Assembly: GCA_041600755.1 (NCBI GenBank)
Contig: JBFIJL010000001.1
Location: 56,798 to 120,797 of the forward strand
DNA: 64,000 nt
From: Candidatus Saccharimonadales bacterium
GTDB lineage: Bacteria > Patescibacteriota > Saccharimonadia > Saccharimonadales > JAXHNE01
Reading direction: 5' to 3'
The notes under the pieces were generated by a model. The model ran no database searches and was not told the origin of the DNA. It saw only the letters and a list, made by a program, of their open reading frames with translations. The number at the start of each line of letters is the position of its first letter. The first letter of the stretch is position 1. Positions 19,983 to 29,324 of the stretch are shown in pieces. The position numbers were made by a program, and so were the translations under genes.

Positions 19983-20348
19983 ATGGCAACTAAGATAGCA
20001 ATTATTGAAGACGACCAAGCTATCTCCCAGATGTACCGCATCAAGTTCGAAGCCGAGGGTTACGAAGTAGAAACTGCGGAAAACGGAAAACTGGGCCTCT
20101 TATTGATTGAAAAAATGAACCCAGACATTATTTTGCTGGATCTTATGATGCCAGAGATGACTGGCGATGAAATGCTAGAAAAGCTTCGGGCTAGCGATTT
20201 CGGCAAAGACACTAAAGTCGTTATTCTTACCAACATGGGCGAACAAGAAGTGCCTCAGAAAGTCAAAGACCTTGGCGTGGTTGACGTCATCCTAAAAGCC
20301 GACATGACCCCTCGGCAAGTAGCCGAACTTGTAAAAGCCAATCTATAA
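19983..20348 (+). CDS. Single-domain response regulator 4
   Basis: IIEDD, LLDLMMP, ILTN, ILKA. Confidence 0.92.
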   Translation: MATKIAIIEDDQAISQMYRIKFEAEGYEVETAENGKLGLLLIEKMNPDIILLDLMMPEMTGDEMLEKLRASDFGKDTKVVILTNMGEQEVPQKVKDLGVVDVILKADMTPRQVAELVKANL

Positions 20349-20395
20349 GCAGGCTTGATTTGCATAATCTCAATTTTACTGTATAGTTTATTTTC

Positions 20396-20496
20396 ATGTA
20401 TTACTTAGTTATCAATAACACCAAGAAGAAGCTCCTGCCCTAGCCAGAGCTGTTTTTGATGCACTTCAAACCCCGCTCCGGCGGGGTTCTTTTTTT
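20396..20496 (+). promoter_or_regulatory. Putative leader peptide (MYYLVINNTKKKLLP*) plus intrinsic terminator (attenuator)
   Basis: TATAGT -10 at 20382-20387, ORF 20396-20443, hairpin AGCTC/GAGCT over the stop codon, terminator AACCCCGC-TCCG-GCGGGGTT-CTTTTTTT at 20469-20496. Confidence 0.55.
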
Positions 20497-20589
20497 GTCT
20501 TGAACAAAGAACTCACCTAGGGCCAGTCCACAAAGAAAAATCAATCAACAACCATACGAGCATCTTTTTCGCTCGCAAAAGGAAAATAT

Positions 20590-20979
20590 ATGAGAACTTT
20601 AGAACGACAATCAAATCAATTACATCTTCCATCGTGGATGCTCGAAGCAAGAATGAGACCTGAGCCACTCCGCGTCCATGGTAGGCCATTTGTATTCTGG
20701 TCTGCAAACGGCGAGGAAGAAGATCTTTACAACAACAATTGTGAAGTCATAGAGGTGTCCATCAGAGTCGGCAGAATTGCGATTCAAACCGTTTCCGCTA
20801 TTGGTCACAGAGGTATCGATCCTGCCTTTACTGGATCATACCCAGTAATCATAGGGTCAGACGAAGCAACCAACGAGTATATATTTGGTGTACGGCCAGA
20901 GCTTGAATTTCGGGTAGAGGCATTTTCTGACCTCGTACCAGAAGAATTTCAGATGACTGACTGGGGGCAGACATGTTAA
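20590..20979 (+). CDS. Hypothetical protein
   Basis: 129-aa ORF with AGGA SD; overlaps next gene. Confidence 0.6.
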   Translation: MRTLERQSNQLHLPSWMLEARMRPEPLRVHGRPFVFWSANGEEEDLYNNNCEVIEVSIRVGRIAIQTVSAIGHRGIDPAFTGSYPVIIGSDEATNEYIFGVRPELEFRVEAFSDLVPEEFQMTDWGQTC

Positions 20980-21719
20980 ATGCAGCAACTCAAGCCCATT
21001 TTGAGGCAATTCTATCAAATCCAGAGCGACTTACAGTCGTATCTGAACGAATCGCTTCATCTGTCAGTGCGGCACATGAGGATGGCAACTTCATTCTTGA
21101 ACGTGACGCTTCACAAATTTCACATCAACTTCGTGGCGGTATGGCGACTTTTTTACCAGCGACGACACCCCAGGGAACAGACAGCTTTCTGTACTACATG
21201 GGCGCCCAGTACCTACCCACCCAAAACTACCACAGTGAATATCCTGTAATAGAAGGTGGAACACTGATTGCTAACTCCGACAAAGAACTGCTCGCCTGCT
21301 CGCGTGGTCGCGCGTCTGACGTCGTTCAAAACCTTGGCAGACTGGCATTTATCCCAAGCAATGGGCTCATCATCTACACATCAAGGTCTACCCCAAGCGT
21401 GCGAGCACTTACCGGCGGCGGCGCAAAACTACTTCAGCGTAGAGACTTTCCAATGCTTGATGCACTCACTTGCGATTCTGCATGCCTACCCAGCCCCCAA
21501 GGACCCATCGCTACCATTGGAACTATTGCTGTCTTTGCGGACGGCAGCGACCGCATTGAATGCCCAGTCAATGAAGCATATGCCGACGGGGCACTAGCTG
21601 ATGCCTGCTTTTTGTTAACAAATGACTGTGACCGAGCTTACGAAATGGAATCCCGCCTTTCTGAAGACTTTAATGGCTCGGCTCAAACGGTCCGCGCAAC
21701 ACTCATAGGAGGTGCGTAA
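20973..21719 (+). CDS. Hypothetical protein, possibly ArgA-like GNAT fold with Cys residues
   Basis: GNFILERD..I and SRGRASDVV recall N-acetylglutamate-synthase-type GNATs (weak, by eye). Confidence 0.45.
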   Translation: MLNAATQAHFEAILSNPERLTVVSERIASSVSAAHEDGNFILERDASQISHQLRGGMATFLPATTPQGTDSFLYYMGAQYLPTQNYHSEYPVIEGGTLIANSDKELLACSRGRASDVVQNLGRLAFIPSNGLIIYTSRSTPSVRALTGGGAKLLQRRDFPMLDALTCDSACLPSPQGPIATIGTIAVFADGSDRIECPVNEAYADGALADACFLLTNDCDRAYEMESRLSEDFNGSAQTVRATLIGGA

Positions 21720-22677
21720 CATGCAACATATAGACGACATACTGTTATACAACAACCCGGCTGGTCAACCGGCCTTGTGTCCGGTACTTCAGATTGGGAC
21801 AGGAGCACCACACACCGTACTGGTTGCATTGCAGCATGGCTGGGAGCTCATTGGACTCGATACAGCCCTGCAAACTGTTGCGAACGCCCCAGAAGTTCAA
21901 GGAACAATTACGCTGCTAGCCGCAGCCAATCCACTTGGGTATCTAGATCGCAGTCGATTTGTCGCCGCTCAGCAAGATCCGATGTCTGGAATTACACAAA
22001 ACCTAAATAGAGTGCACCCCGGCAATACAACTGGCACAATTTCAGAACAATCGGCGGCGGCTATTGATGCCTATATTTCCGGCTTGCAACCTGATTTTGT
22101 TCTAGATTTACACGCCTATGCATCTCAATCAGTACCGCACGCAATCCTAGACCCTTGCGATGGCGAACTTCAACATGTCATGCAACGCTACCTTCAAACT
22201 GCGCAGATTGCCTGGTACCGTGAATTTGAAGGCGAAACACTTCAGGAACAAGTACTCACGAGTGCACTAAGCGCAGTCTGGCTAAACAGAGGCGTGCCAG
22301 CATTAACAATCGAGCTCGGGCCGCTAGACAGCTTTAGCGTCGAAGAATCTCAAGCTGCTCAGCAAACACTACGAAATATGCTCATAAGTATCGGCGCAAT
22401 GAATGGTGCAATCGCACCAACAACGTATTTGGATACTTCACAGCCATTTAGTAGGAACGAAATTCGATACACAGGAGCAGCTGGAGGCTATATCCGATAT
22501 CTCGTCCCTATCCTCACGCAAGTTCAGGAAGGTGAGGCTGTGGCTGAAATTATCGCACTTAATGGCAACATTGTAGATATAATGTATGCGGAAAATGATG
22601 GAGTGGTATTTATTTGGCACGATGAGTACCGCGTCATGAGTGGCTCGGTAATTGGAATTTTACTCACCACTCCCTAG
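21712..22677 (+). CDS. Succinylglutamate desuccinylase / aspartoacylase family (M14 Zn deacylase)
   Basis: QHGWE (HGxE), NLNRVHPG, LDLH, TIELG; C-terminal barrel-sandwich. Confidence 0.88.
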   Translation: MRNMQHIDDILLYNNPAGQPALCPVLQIGTGAPHTVLVALQHGWELIGLDTALQTVANAPEVQGTITLLAAANPLGYLDRSRFVAAQQDPMSGITQNLNRVHPGNTTGTISEQSAAAIDAYISGLQPDFVLDLHAYASQSVPHAILDPCDGELQHVMQRYLQTAQIAWYREFEGETLQEQVLTSALSAVWLNRGVPALTIELGPLDSFSVEESQAAQQTLRNMLISIGAMNGAIAPTTYLDTSQPFSRNEIRYTGAAGGYIRYLVPILTQVQEGEAVAEIIALNGNIVDIMYAENDGVVFIWHDEYRVMSGSVIGILLTTP

Positions 22678-22706
22678 AGTCGAGGTTTATTGCTACAATA
22701 CAGGTT

Positions 22707-24029
22707 ATGAAGATAGCAATTCTGGGATTTGGAGCCCAAGGCAGATCAGCTTATGAGTACTGGAACACTCCAGACAACCAACTGACAATCTGCGATACAA
22801 ATACTGATTTAGAAGCACCTGGTGAGGCTTCAACAAAACTTGGTCCAAATTATCTCAATGATTTAGGCCAGTTTGACATGCTCATCAGAACACCAATATT
22901 ACACCCTCGAGATATCACATCCGCTAATCCAGAATCACCTGACATACTAGCTAAAGTCTGGTCCAATACCAATGAATTCATGAAAGTCTGTCCAACAAGA
23001 AATATCATTGGAGTCACGGGCACCAAAGGCAAAGGCACTACTAGCACCCTCATTACAAAAATGCTCGAAGCCGCAGGCAAAACTGTGCATCTTGGCGGCA
23101 ATATAGGTATTCCGCCGCTCGAAATGCTGCATAGCGACATTCAACCAGATGACTGGGTGGTGCTTGAACTGGCCAACTTCCAGCTCATAGATCTGCAAAT
23201 CTCACCGCACATTGCAGTGTGTCTCATGGTAGAGCCAGAGCACATGGACTGGCACGCAGATTTTAAAGAGTACAAAGCCGCCAAGAAGCAGCTTTTTGCG
23301 CATCAATCTACAAAAGACACTGCTATTTTCTACGCAGATAATGAAACATCGAGAGAGATTGCGAGTCAGTCGCAATCTATGTTGATTCCATACTTTGCAA
23401 AACCCGGCGCAGTTGTTGAAGATGAAACGATAAAAATTGACGGAAATGAAATTTGTTCAGTACATGAACTAAAGCTACTAGGGAAGCACAACTGGCAAAA
23501 TGTCTGCGCTGCGGTAACTGCATTTTGGCAAATATCTCAGGACACCCAAGCTATACGATGGACTATAGACACCTTCTCTGGTCTTGAACATCGCCTGGAG
23601 CATGTAAGCACTATTGAAAAAGTAGATTACTACGATGATTCCTTTGGCACCACCCCAGAAACAGCAGTTGTCGCAATTGAGGCATTCGAACAACCTAAAA
23701 TTGTCATTCTTGGTGGATCAGATAAGCATGCTTCATATGACAAGTTGGCAAGAACGGTCGTAAACCACAATGTTAGATCGGTGATAGTAATTGGAGACAC
23801 GGCTTCAGAAATATCTACAGCCTTGAAGAATGAAGGCTTTTCATCCATAGAATCCGGTCCCCAAACTATGCCAGAAATTGTTGCCTTGGCCAGATCACTT
23901 GCTCAACCCGGAGATGTGGTACTTCTTTCGACTGGCTGTGCAAGCTTTGGTCTATTCAAGAACTACAAGGATCGAGGCGATCAATTTACGCAAGCTGTTC
24001 GATCACTCTCGCAAGCTGACGCACGATAG
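22707..24029 (+). CDS. murD: UDP-N-acetylmuramoyl-L-alanine--D-glutamate ligase
   Basis: GVTGTKGKGTT, GGNIG, HRLE, DDSFGT, ILGGSDK, ASFGLFKNYKDRG. Confidence 0.95.
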   Translation: MKIAILGFGAQGRSAYEYWNTPDNQLTICDTNTDLEAPGEASTKLGPNYLNDLGQFDMLIRTPILHPRDITSANPESPDILAKVWSNTNEFMKVCPTRNIIGVTGTKGKGTTSTLITKMLEAAGKTVHLGGNIGIPPLEMLHSDIQPDDWVVLELANFQLIDLQISPHIAVCLMVEPEHMDWHADFKEYKAAKKQLFAHQSTKDTAIFYADNETSREIASQSQSMLIPYFAKPGAVVEDETIKIDGNEICSVHELKLLGKHNWQNVCAAVTAFWQISQDTQAIRWTIDTFSGLEHRLEHVSTIEKVDYYDDSFGTTPETAVVAIEAFEQPKIVILGGSDKHASYDKLARTVVNHNVRSVIVIGDTASEISTALKNEGFSSIESGPQTMPEIVALARSLAQPGDVVLLSTGCASFGLFKNYKDRGDQFTQAVRSLSQADAR

Positions 24030-24636
24030 CAGACTCAGGCTGTAGCACCACTACGTTGTGAATATTTGCAATTTGCTTAATCTCGTTTTCTATCCAGTGA
24101 TAATGCGTACAGCCCAAAACTATTACATCAGCTCCCTTATCGCAAACAGCTGAAATTGTTTCTGCAATTTTTTCTTCATTTAGAGTTGAGCTCTCGATAA
24201 GTGCCGCCCAGTCCGAGCAGTCTGGCTCGATCACTGTCAGATTCTTTGCATAATTCTGCTTTAACCAAGCATAACGCTTACTTTTAAGTGTCGCTGGTGT
24301 AGCGCAAATTGCTATGACTCCTGATTTTGATTGCATTGAAGCGGGCTTCACCATTGGTTCGATGCCAATAATTGGAATATCTGTGCTGGCTCTGAGAAAT
24401 TCGATAGAATTAGTCGTTGCTGTGTTGCAGGCTAAGACTATGACTTCGCAGCCCTTACTGACAAATTTTACGATAAATGGCAGCAGGAGTTCATTTAGCT
24501 GAGCTACTGATTTATTTCCATAAGGTATGTTTTCACTGTCTTCAAGATATATTACTTCATGTTCCGGATAGGCTCTTGAGATAGCATTGACTACCGATTT
24601 GCCACCAATACCAGAATCGAATACGCCAATTTTCAT
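23986..24636 (-). CDS. murI: Glutamate racemase
   Basis: FDSGIGG, PYGNK, ACNTAT, LGCTHY. Confidence 0.95.
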   Translation of the reverse strand: MKIGVFDSGIGGKSVVNAISRAYPEHEVIYLEDSENIPYGNKSVAQLNELLLPFIVKFVSKGCEVIVLACNTATTNSIEFLRASTDIPIIGIEPMVKPASMQSKSGVIAICATPATLKSKRYAWLKQNYAKNLTVIEPDCSDWAALIESSTLNEEKIAETISAVCDKGADVIVLGCTHYHWIENEIKQIANIHNVVVLQPESAIVRQLARVIEQLA

Positions 24637-24641
24637 ACTAC

Positions 24642-25448
24642 TTACTCTATAGATTTTCTAGCAGCCAAGATAACATTCTCGAACAGAGCACAAACAGTTA
24701 GGGGGCCGACTCCGCCCTTGACTGGAGTAAGTGTGAGATCATCTCGCTCATAAACAGTTTCATGCAAATCACCTACAGTTTTGCCGGATTCGCTAGCAAC
24801 ACCTGCATCAACTACAATTGCACCTTGCTTGATCATTTCTGGATAAAGAATTGCGGGGCTGCCGGTAGCGGTAATAATGACATCTGCATCCTGTACTTTA
24901 CCCGACAAATCCTCTACCTCTCTACCAACCACTTCTACATCAAACCCCGAAGCTATCATTAGTTTCTCGAGCGGAGCACCCACTAACTTGCCACGCCCAA
25001 TTAACAAAATGTGCTTACCGCGAAGATCAACATTGAAGCCGCTTAGAAGCCACAAAATAGCCGTAGGAGTTGCTGGATCCATAGTCGCATCTTTGCCAAG
25101 CGCATCTACGTCCTTAGCGGGTGCAACCATATCTACGATTTCATCAGTTTGACTCACATCTGTTATTGGTAGTTGCACAATGATTCCGTGCACAGAATCA
25201 TTTTCATTTAAAGATTGCAATGTGCTCGCAATTTCATCTTGTGAAACAGTATAACTTTCTACCAAAATACCAATGTCTGCACCGTAGCGCTTTTTGAGAT
25301 TTACATAGGTATTGATGACCGGATCGTCTTTGGTCTGGACAATGGCAAGTTTTGGAGTTACGCCTTCGGCTTGGATGAGACCACGAACTTGGTGGCCTTG
25401 ACGTTCTTTGATGAATGCAGCCAATTCGCTGCCACGGAGTAATTTCAT
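24642..25448 (-). CDS. folD: Methylenetetrahydrofolate dehydrogenase/cyclohydrolase
   Basis: GIIVQLP, KDVD, GRGKLVGAP, TPVKGGVGPLT. Confidence 0.94.
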   Translation of the reverse strand: MKLLRGSELAAFIKERQGHQVRGLIQAEGVTPKLAIVQTKDDPVINTYVNLKKRYGADIGILVESYTVSQDEIASTLQSLNENDSVHGIIVQLPITDVSQTDEIVDMVAPAKDVDALGKDATMDPATPTAILWLLSGFNVDLRGKHILLIGRGKLVGAPLEKLMIASGFDVEVVGREVEDLSGKVQDADVIITATGSPAILYPEMIKQGAIVVDAGVASESGKTVGDLHETVYERDDLTLTPVKGGVGPLTVCALFENVILAARKSIE

Positions 25449-25520
25449 TTCCCTATTCTAACAGATAGAAAAAAATCGACATGATTTGAAAAAATATAGT
25501 CCTGGGCGTACTATTAAATT

Positions 25521-26993
25521 ATGTTAAAGCGGTTAAGGTATTTAACTTTAAGCTTCTCATTCCTCTTTGTTTTGTGCGGTCCAGGTTTTGTCCACGCTGA
25601 TTCGCCAGAGGCCCCGACAGATCCTAGCCTGCCGATAGTCCTTACAGAAATATATCCTAACGCACCTGGCAGCAAAGAGTCCGGAAACGATCCAACCAGC
25701 GACCCACTAGCAAATGAATACGTTGAACTATTCAATACAACGTCTATTTCTATCGAGCTGTCGTACTTTGTACTCAGCAGGGATGGCAGCGCAACGACAA
25801 CGTCACTTGATGGTCTCACGATTGAACCTCATGGTTACTTGGTGATTCTTCCAGATTTTAGTCTCATCAATGGTGGTGGCACCTTGCACCTCAGCTATGA
25901 ATACCCAGACCTTGACTCTAAAATCGACAGCTACACATATCCCGGCGATATCCCTGATACCCACTCCTGGTCTTTGATTGACAACATTTGGGAGCAGGCA
26001 GTTCCCTCTCCCAATGAAACCAACCCCCCTCCCATCCCCATAGACATTCCCGAGGAAGAGTCCAATGAAGAAGAGACTCCCGAAGAGCCAATCGAAACAT
26101 CCTGTCAAGTTGATGTGACTATCACGGAAATTGTAGCAAATCCAAAGGGGTCAGATAGTGATGGCGGTGAATTTATAGAGTTGTTTAATAACAACGACAA
26201 ACCGGCACTACTCACTGGCTGCATGCTTTCCACCGATAAAGCCCCTGCTATTCAACTAGCAGATATCTCATTGGAGTCAGGCGCATATATCGCAATTATG
26301 TTGAGCAATGACCTACTTAACGGTGGCGGTACAGTGCAGTTTACAAGCGACGACGAAGAAGATGTTGTTACTTACCCCGCACTCAGTGACGATGAATCAT
26401 GGTCACTGATTAATGGCGCATGGCAAATGTCCAAGGTATCAACGCCGAATGCCAAAAATGTATCGACGCCGGCAGAAGAGCCGACTGTCATAAAATCCAC
26501 TGCCCTTGAGCCCTGCCCAGAGGGAAAGTTTAGAAATCCAGAAACCAACAGATGCAAGACGATTGTCGAAACTGTCAGCGAGCTACTTCCCTGCAACCCC
26601 GGATCAACCAGAAATCCCGAGACTAATCGATGTCGTAAGATTGCCAGCTCGATATCTTCGACGCTCACACCATGCAAAGCTAATCAAGAGCGCAATCCTG
26701 AAACCAATCGTTGCAGATCAATTGCCTCAACGACAAGTAGTGAGCCAAAACCATGCGACGAAGGCTATGAAAGAAACTCAGAAACCAACCGCTGCCGCAA
26801 AGTTGCAGAAGTTCTTTCTGGAGCCACTATCGAGACTCCAGATAAAGAGGCAGGCTTGCATACAGGCGTATTTTTATTCATGTCTATACTCGTCATTAGC
26901 TATGGAGTCTATGAATATCGCCTGGACTTTCAAAATTTAATACATAAGATAAGAGAAAGAAGACTCATAAAATTCTTGCCAAAACAGAGGTAA
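25521..26993 (+). CDS. Exported protein: two lamin-tail-like domains, four C-x5-RN(P/S)ETNRC repeats, C-terminal TM
   Basis: Signal peptide; TEIYPN...EYVELFN and TEIVAN...EFIELFN; repeats 26514-26795. Confidence 0.85.
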   Translation: MLKRLRYLTLSFSFLFVLCGPGFVHADSPEAPTDPSLPIVLTEIYPNAPGSKESGNDPTSDPLANEYVELFNTTSISIELSYFVLSRDGSATTTSLDGLTIEPHGYLVILPDFSLINGGGTLHLSYEYPDLDSKIDSYTYPGDIPDTHSWSLIDNIWEQAVPSPNETNPPPIPIDIPEEESNEEETPEEPIETSCQVDVTITEIVANPKGSDSDGGEFIELFNNNDKPALLTGCMLSTDKAPAIQLADISLESGAYIAIMLSNDLLNGGGTVQFTSDDEEDVVTYPALSDDESWSLINGAWQMSKVSTPNAKNVSTPAEEPTVIKSTALEPCPEGKFRNPETNRCKTIVETVSELLPCNPGSTRNPETNRCRKIASSISSTLTPCKANQERNPETNRCRSIASTTSSEPKPCDEGYERNSETNRCRKVAEVLSGATIETPDKEAGLHTGVFLFMSILVISYGVYEYRLDFQNLIHKIRERRLIKFLPKQR

Positions 26994-27007
26994 TCTGCTA
27001 AAGTTTT

Positions 27008-27182
27008 CTTCAGCAATCTGCTCTGGTCTGCCTGAAGTTCGCAGCTGGATGCAGAGCACGGCGTAAATGAAGCGCGCACTGAGCCGTATACACAATACGG
27101 TGAAGGAGCACTGGAATTTACAACACAGCTCTGCGCCAGAAACTTCAGCGGTTCTCAAACTCCGTTTGATAACAGGCTGAAG
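27008..27182 (+). ncRNA. Putative rod-shaped ncRNA (6S RNA-like)
   Basis: Nested pairings CTTCAGC/GCTGAAG, CTGAAGTT/AACTTCAG, GCAGAGC/GCTCTGC, GTAAAT/ATTTAC, CCGTAT/ATACGG; extended -10 TGCTAAAGT just upstream. Confidence 0.55.
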
Positions 27183-27196
27183 TAGTGCGCACCTCA

Positions 27197-27273
27197 GGGC
27201 CAGTAGCTCAGCTGGTTAGAGCACCTGCCTCTTAAGCAGGGTGTCGAGGGTTCGAGTCCCTCCTGGCCCTCCA
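27197..27273 (+). tRNA. tRNA-Lys (CTT)
   Basis: GGGCCAGTAGCTCAG...CCTGC-CTCTTAA-GCAGG...GGTTCGAGTCC...CCA. Confidence 0.97.
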
Positions 27274-27466
27274 TTAAAGAAGCATCTATCCTCGCCGATA
27301 GGTGTTTCTTTAATTTGTGATAAATTTCTAGGCATGAAGCGCTAGTTACACGAGACATACTCTGATGGTGGCCGATTTGCCAGTCACAAAACTACAGACT
27401 CATAGGAACAAATTGAGTCCCTCGTTGTCATCTAATACGCTTTTACTCTTTTGATATACTATCGAT

Positions 27467-27868
27467 ATGCGTGAAATCTATTTAGCAGGCAAAATCTCAA
27501 GTGACGAAAATTTAACTCGAACTTTTTCTGATGAGCTAGAGCTAAGAGGACATATGGTGCTTCAAAAATGGTGGGAATCCGATAGATTGCTAACCCCCTA
27601 CTTGGACAACATGGACACAACCGGTCCTGCTGCGCGGGCGATGATAGACGCTGCATACGAAAGCGATGTGACTATTCTGTTTCCTTCGGAGAGAATTATT
27701 GGCGCTGCTGTTGAATTTGGTGCAGCCATAGCCAGCACCAAGACAAATCCAGATAAGCTAGTTATAGCCGTGAATCCGTTTGATACCAGACAGTCCGTAT
27801 TCTACGGACATGAATCTGTGATTACGGTTAGTGGGATTGATCAAGTCAGAAAAATGGATTGGTTTTAA
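27467..27868 (+). CDS. Nucleoside 2-deoxyribosyltransferase-like protein
   Basis: IYLAG, SDVTIL, GAAVEFGAA motifs. Confidence 0.6.
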   Translation: MREIYLAGKISSDENLTRTFSDELELRGHMVLQKWWESDRLLTPYLDNMDTTGPAARAMIDAAYESDVTILFPSERIIGAAVEFGAAIASTKTNPDKLVIAVNPFDTRQSVFYGHESVITVSGIDQVRKMDWF

Positions 27869-27875
27869 GCATTCC

Positions 27876-28193
27876 ATGACACACCCATTGCATAGTTTTT
27901 CCCCAAAACAACGAATCAGCAAAAAAAGAGCAACAAAAGTCATCGACACAATGGCATACATAGTAGGAGTCGGTGGAAACATCGCTGTTATTCCACAAAT
28001 CATTAAAGCCTGGGAGAGTAATGCACCCGGTCTTGCAGTGAGTACATGGTTATTATTCTCGATGATTGGACTAATCTGGCTAGCCTACGCGATACTACAC
28101 AATCAAAAACCACTTATTGTTGCGCAATCAGTTAGTATTGCAGCGAACATGCTAGTGGTATGTGGGTGGGCGTACAACAACTTAGCGCTTTAG
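27876..28193 (+). CDS. SemiSWEET / PQ-loop family transporter
   Basis: IPQIIK, GLAVSTW, WLAYAI...PLIVA; three TMs. Confidence 0.75.
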   Translation: MTHPLHSFSPKQRISKKRATKVIDTMAYIVGVGGNIAVIPQIIKAWESNAPGLAVSTWLLFSMIGLIWLAYAILHNQKPLIVAQSVSIAANMLVVCGWAYNNLAL

Positions 28194-28336
28194 GGAGCTG
28201 CTCAGTGCCAGGTATATATCCAAAGAAAACATTGCAATAACCTGTACATGAACTAGGTCCTGTGTGCTTGTCGCCTATTTAAGTTCACGAGCTTCATTCA
28301 AGACGGATATTAATAATTTTTTGGTAGACTCTAATT

Positions 28337-28870
28337 ATGGATAAGCCGCCTTCTTACTGTGAATACGTAGCCGACTTCGACGACCTGAACCTGCATAAAA
28401 AATATCATGATACGCAATATGGGTTTGAAATTAACACCGATAACGAGCTTTTTGGTAGGTTGATATTGGAAATTAACCAAGCAGGCCTGTCATGGGAGAC
28501 AATTCTAAAAAAGCAAAATAACTTTCGTAGTGCGTTTGCGAACTTCGATATTCAAACCATAGCCAATTTTTCTGCCAACGATATAAGCAAGCTACTGCAA
28601 AACTCTGGAATTATTAGAAATAAACTAAAGATTAACGCCGTCATTCATAATGCTCGGAAAGTTATTGAGCTACAGTCGGAACATGGGTCGTTCAAGGCTT
28701 GGCTCACTGAAAACTATGGCTTAAGTCTAGATGAATGGGTGAAGCTGTTTCGGGCACAATTTAAGTTTACGGGCGGAGAAATTACCAAAGAATTCCTGGT
28801 CAGCACTGGCTTTCTTCCAGGCGCACATATACCATCGTGCCCCATAGCCAATCGACTGAAAAATATCTAG
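28337..28870 (+). CDS. tag: DNA-3-methyladenine glycosylase I
   Basis: YHDTQYG, LEINQAGLSWETILKK, GIIRNKLKI, FKFTG, HIPSC. Confidence 0.93.
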   Translation: MDKPPSYCEYVADFDDLNLHKKYHDTQYGFEINTDNELFGRLILEINQAGLSWETILKKQNNFRSAFANFDIQTIANFSANDISKLLQNSGIIRNKLKINAVIHNARKVIELQSEHGSFKAWLTENYGLSLDEWVKLFRAQFKFTGGEITKEFLVSTGFLPGAHIPSCPIANRLKNI

Positions 28871-29324
28871 TCTAACTTCTGCTATGCTGAACGATACTGT
28901 TAATTGCGATCATATCTATTATATATGGCCAGGCGATCCTTATTTTTTGTGGCAGAGGGACTATACACGTCTAGCGATTTAGAACCTTTTGGACAAAACC
29001 CAATAGCCATACTTTTCAATTCACAGCAAAGAATTTTTACAAAACGGAACATTGCACCCCTTCTCTAGACCTGGAGGCGATTAAATGCGTTGAATCTGGC
29101 AAAAAAAGTGGGGGATATATTAGTTAGAATAATCAGAACCCAAGATAGTTTTGGGCAATGTTTGTGTTTTTTGTGCCAAGGAACTTTCTTGGAGATAATT
29201 CTACGACGAGCTACTTAATTAAATTAAAAACAGAAAAAGTAGAACATTTGCAGCGCCCTCCTCTATAGCGGCGGCTTTACTTGAAGAGTATAATTAAAGA
29301 TGCAACTAAACGAGGGAGGATTAT

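Noticed and set aside
27061-27115. SRP RNA call from the GAAGGAGCA motif
   Set aside because: No GNRA-capped helix 8 with the CAGG...AGCA internal loop could be drawn
28871-29324. 450-bp intergenic gap as a possible gene remnant or ncRNA
   Set aside because: No recognisable protein motif or convincing long-range pairing by eye
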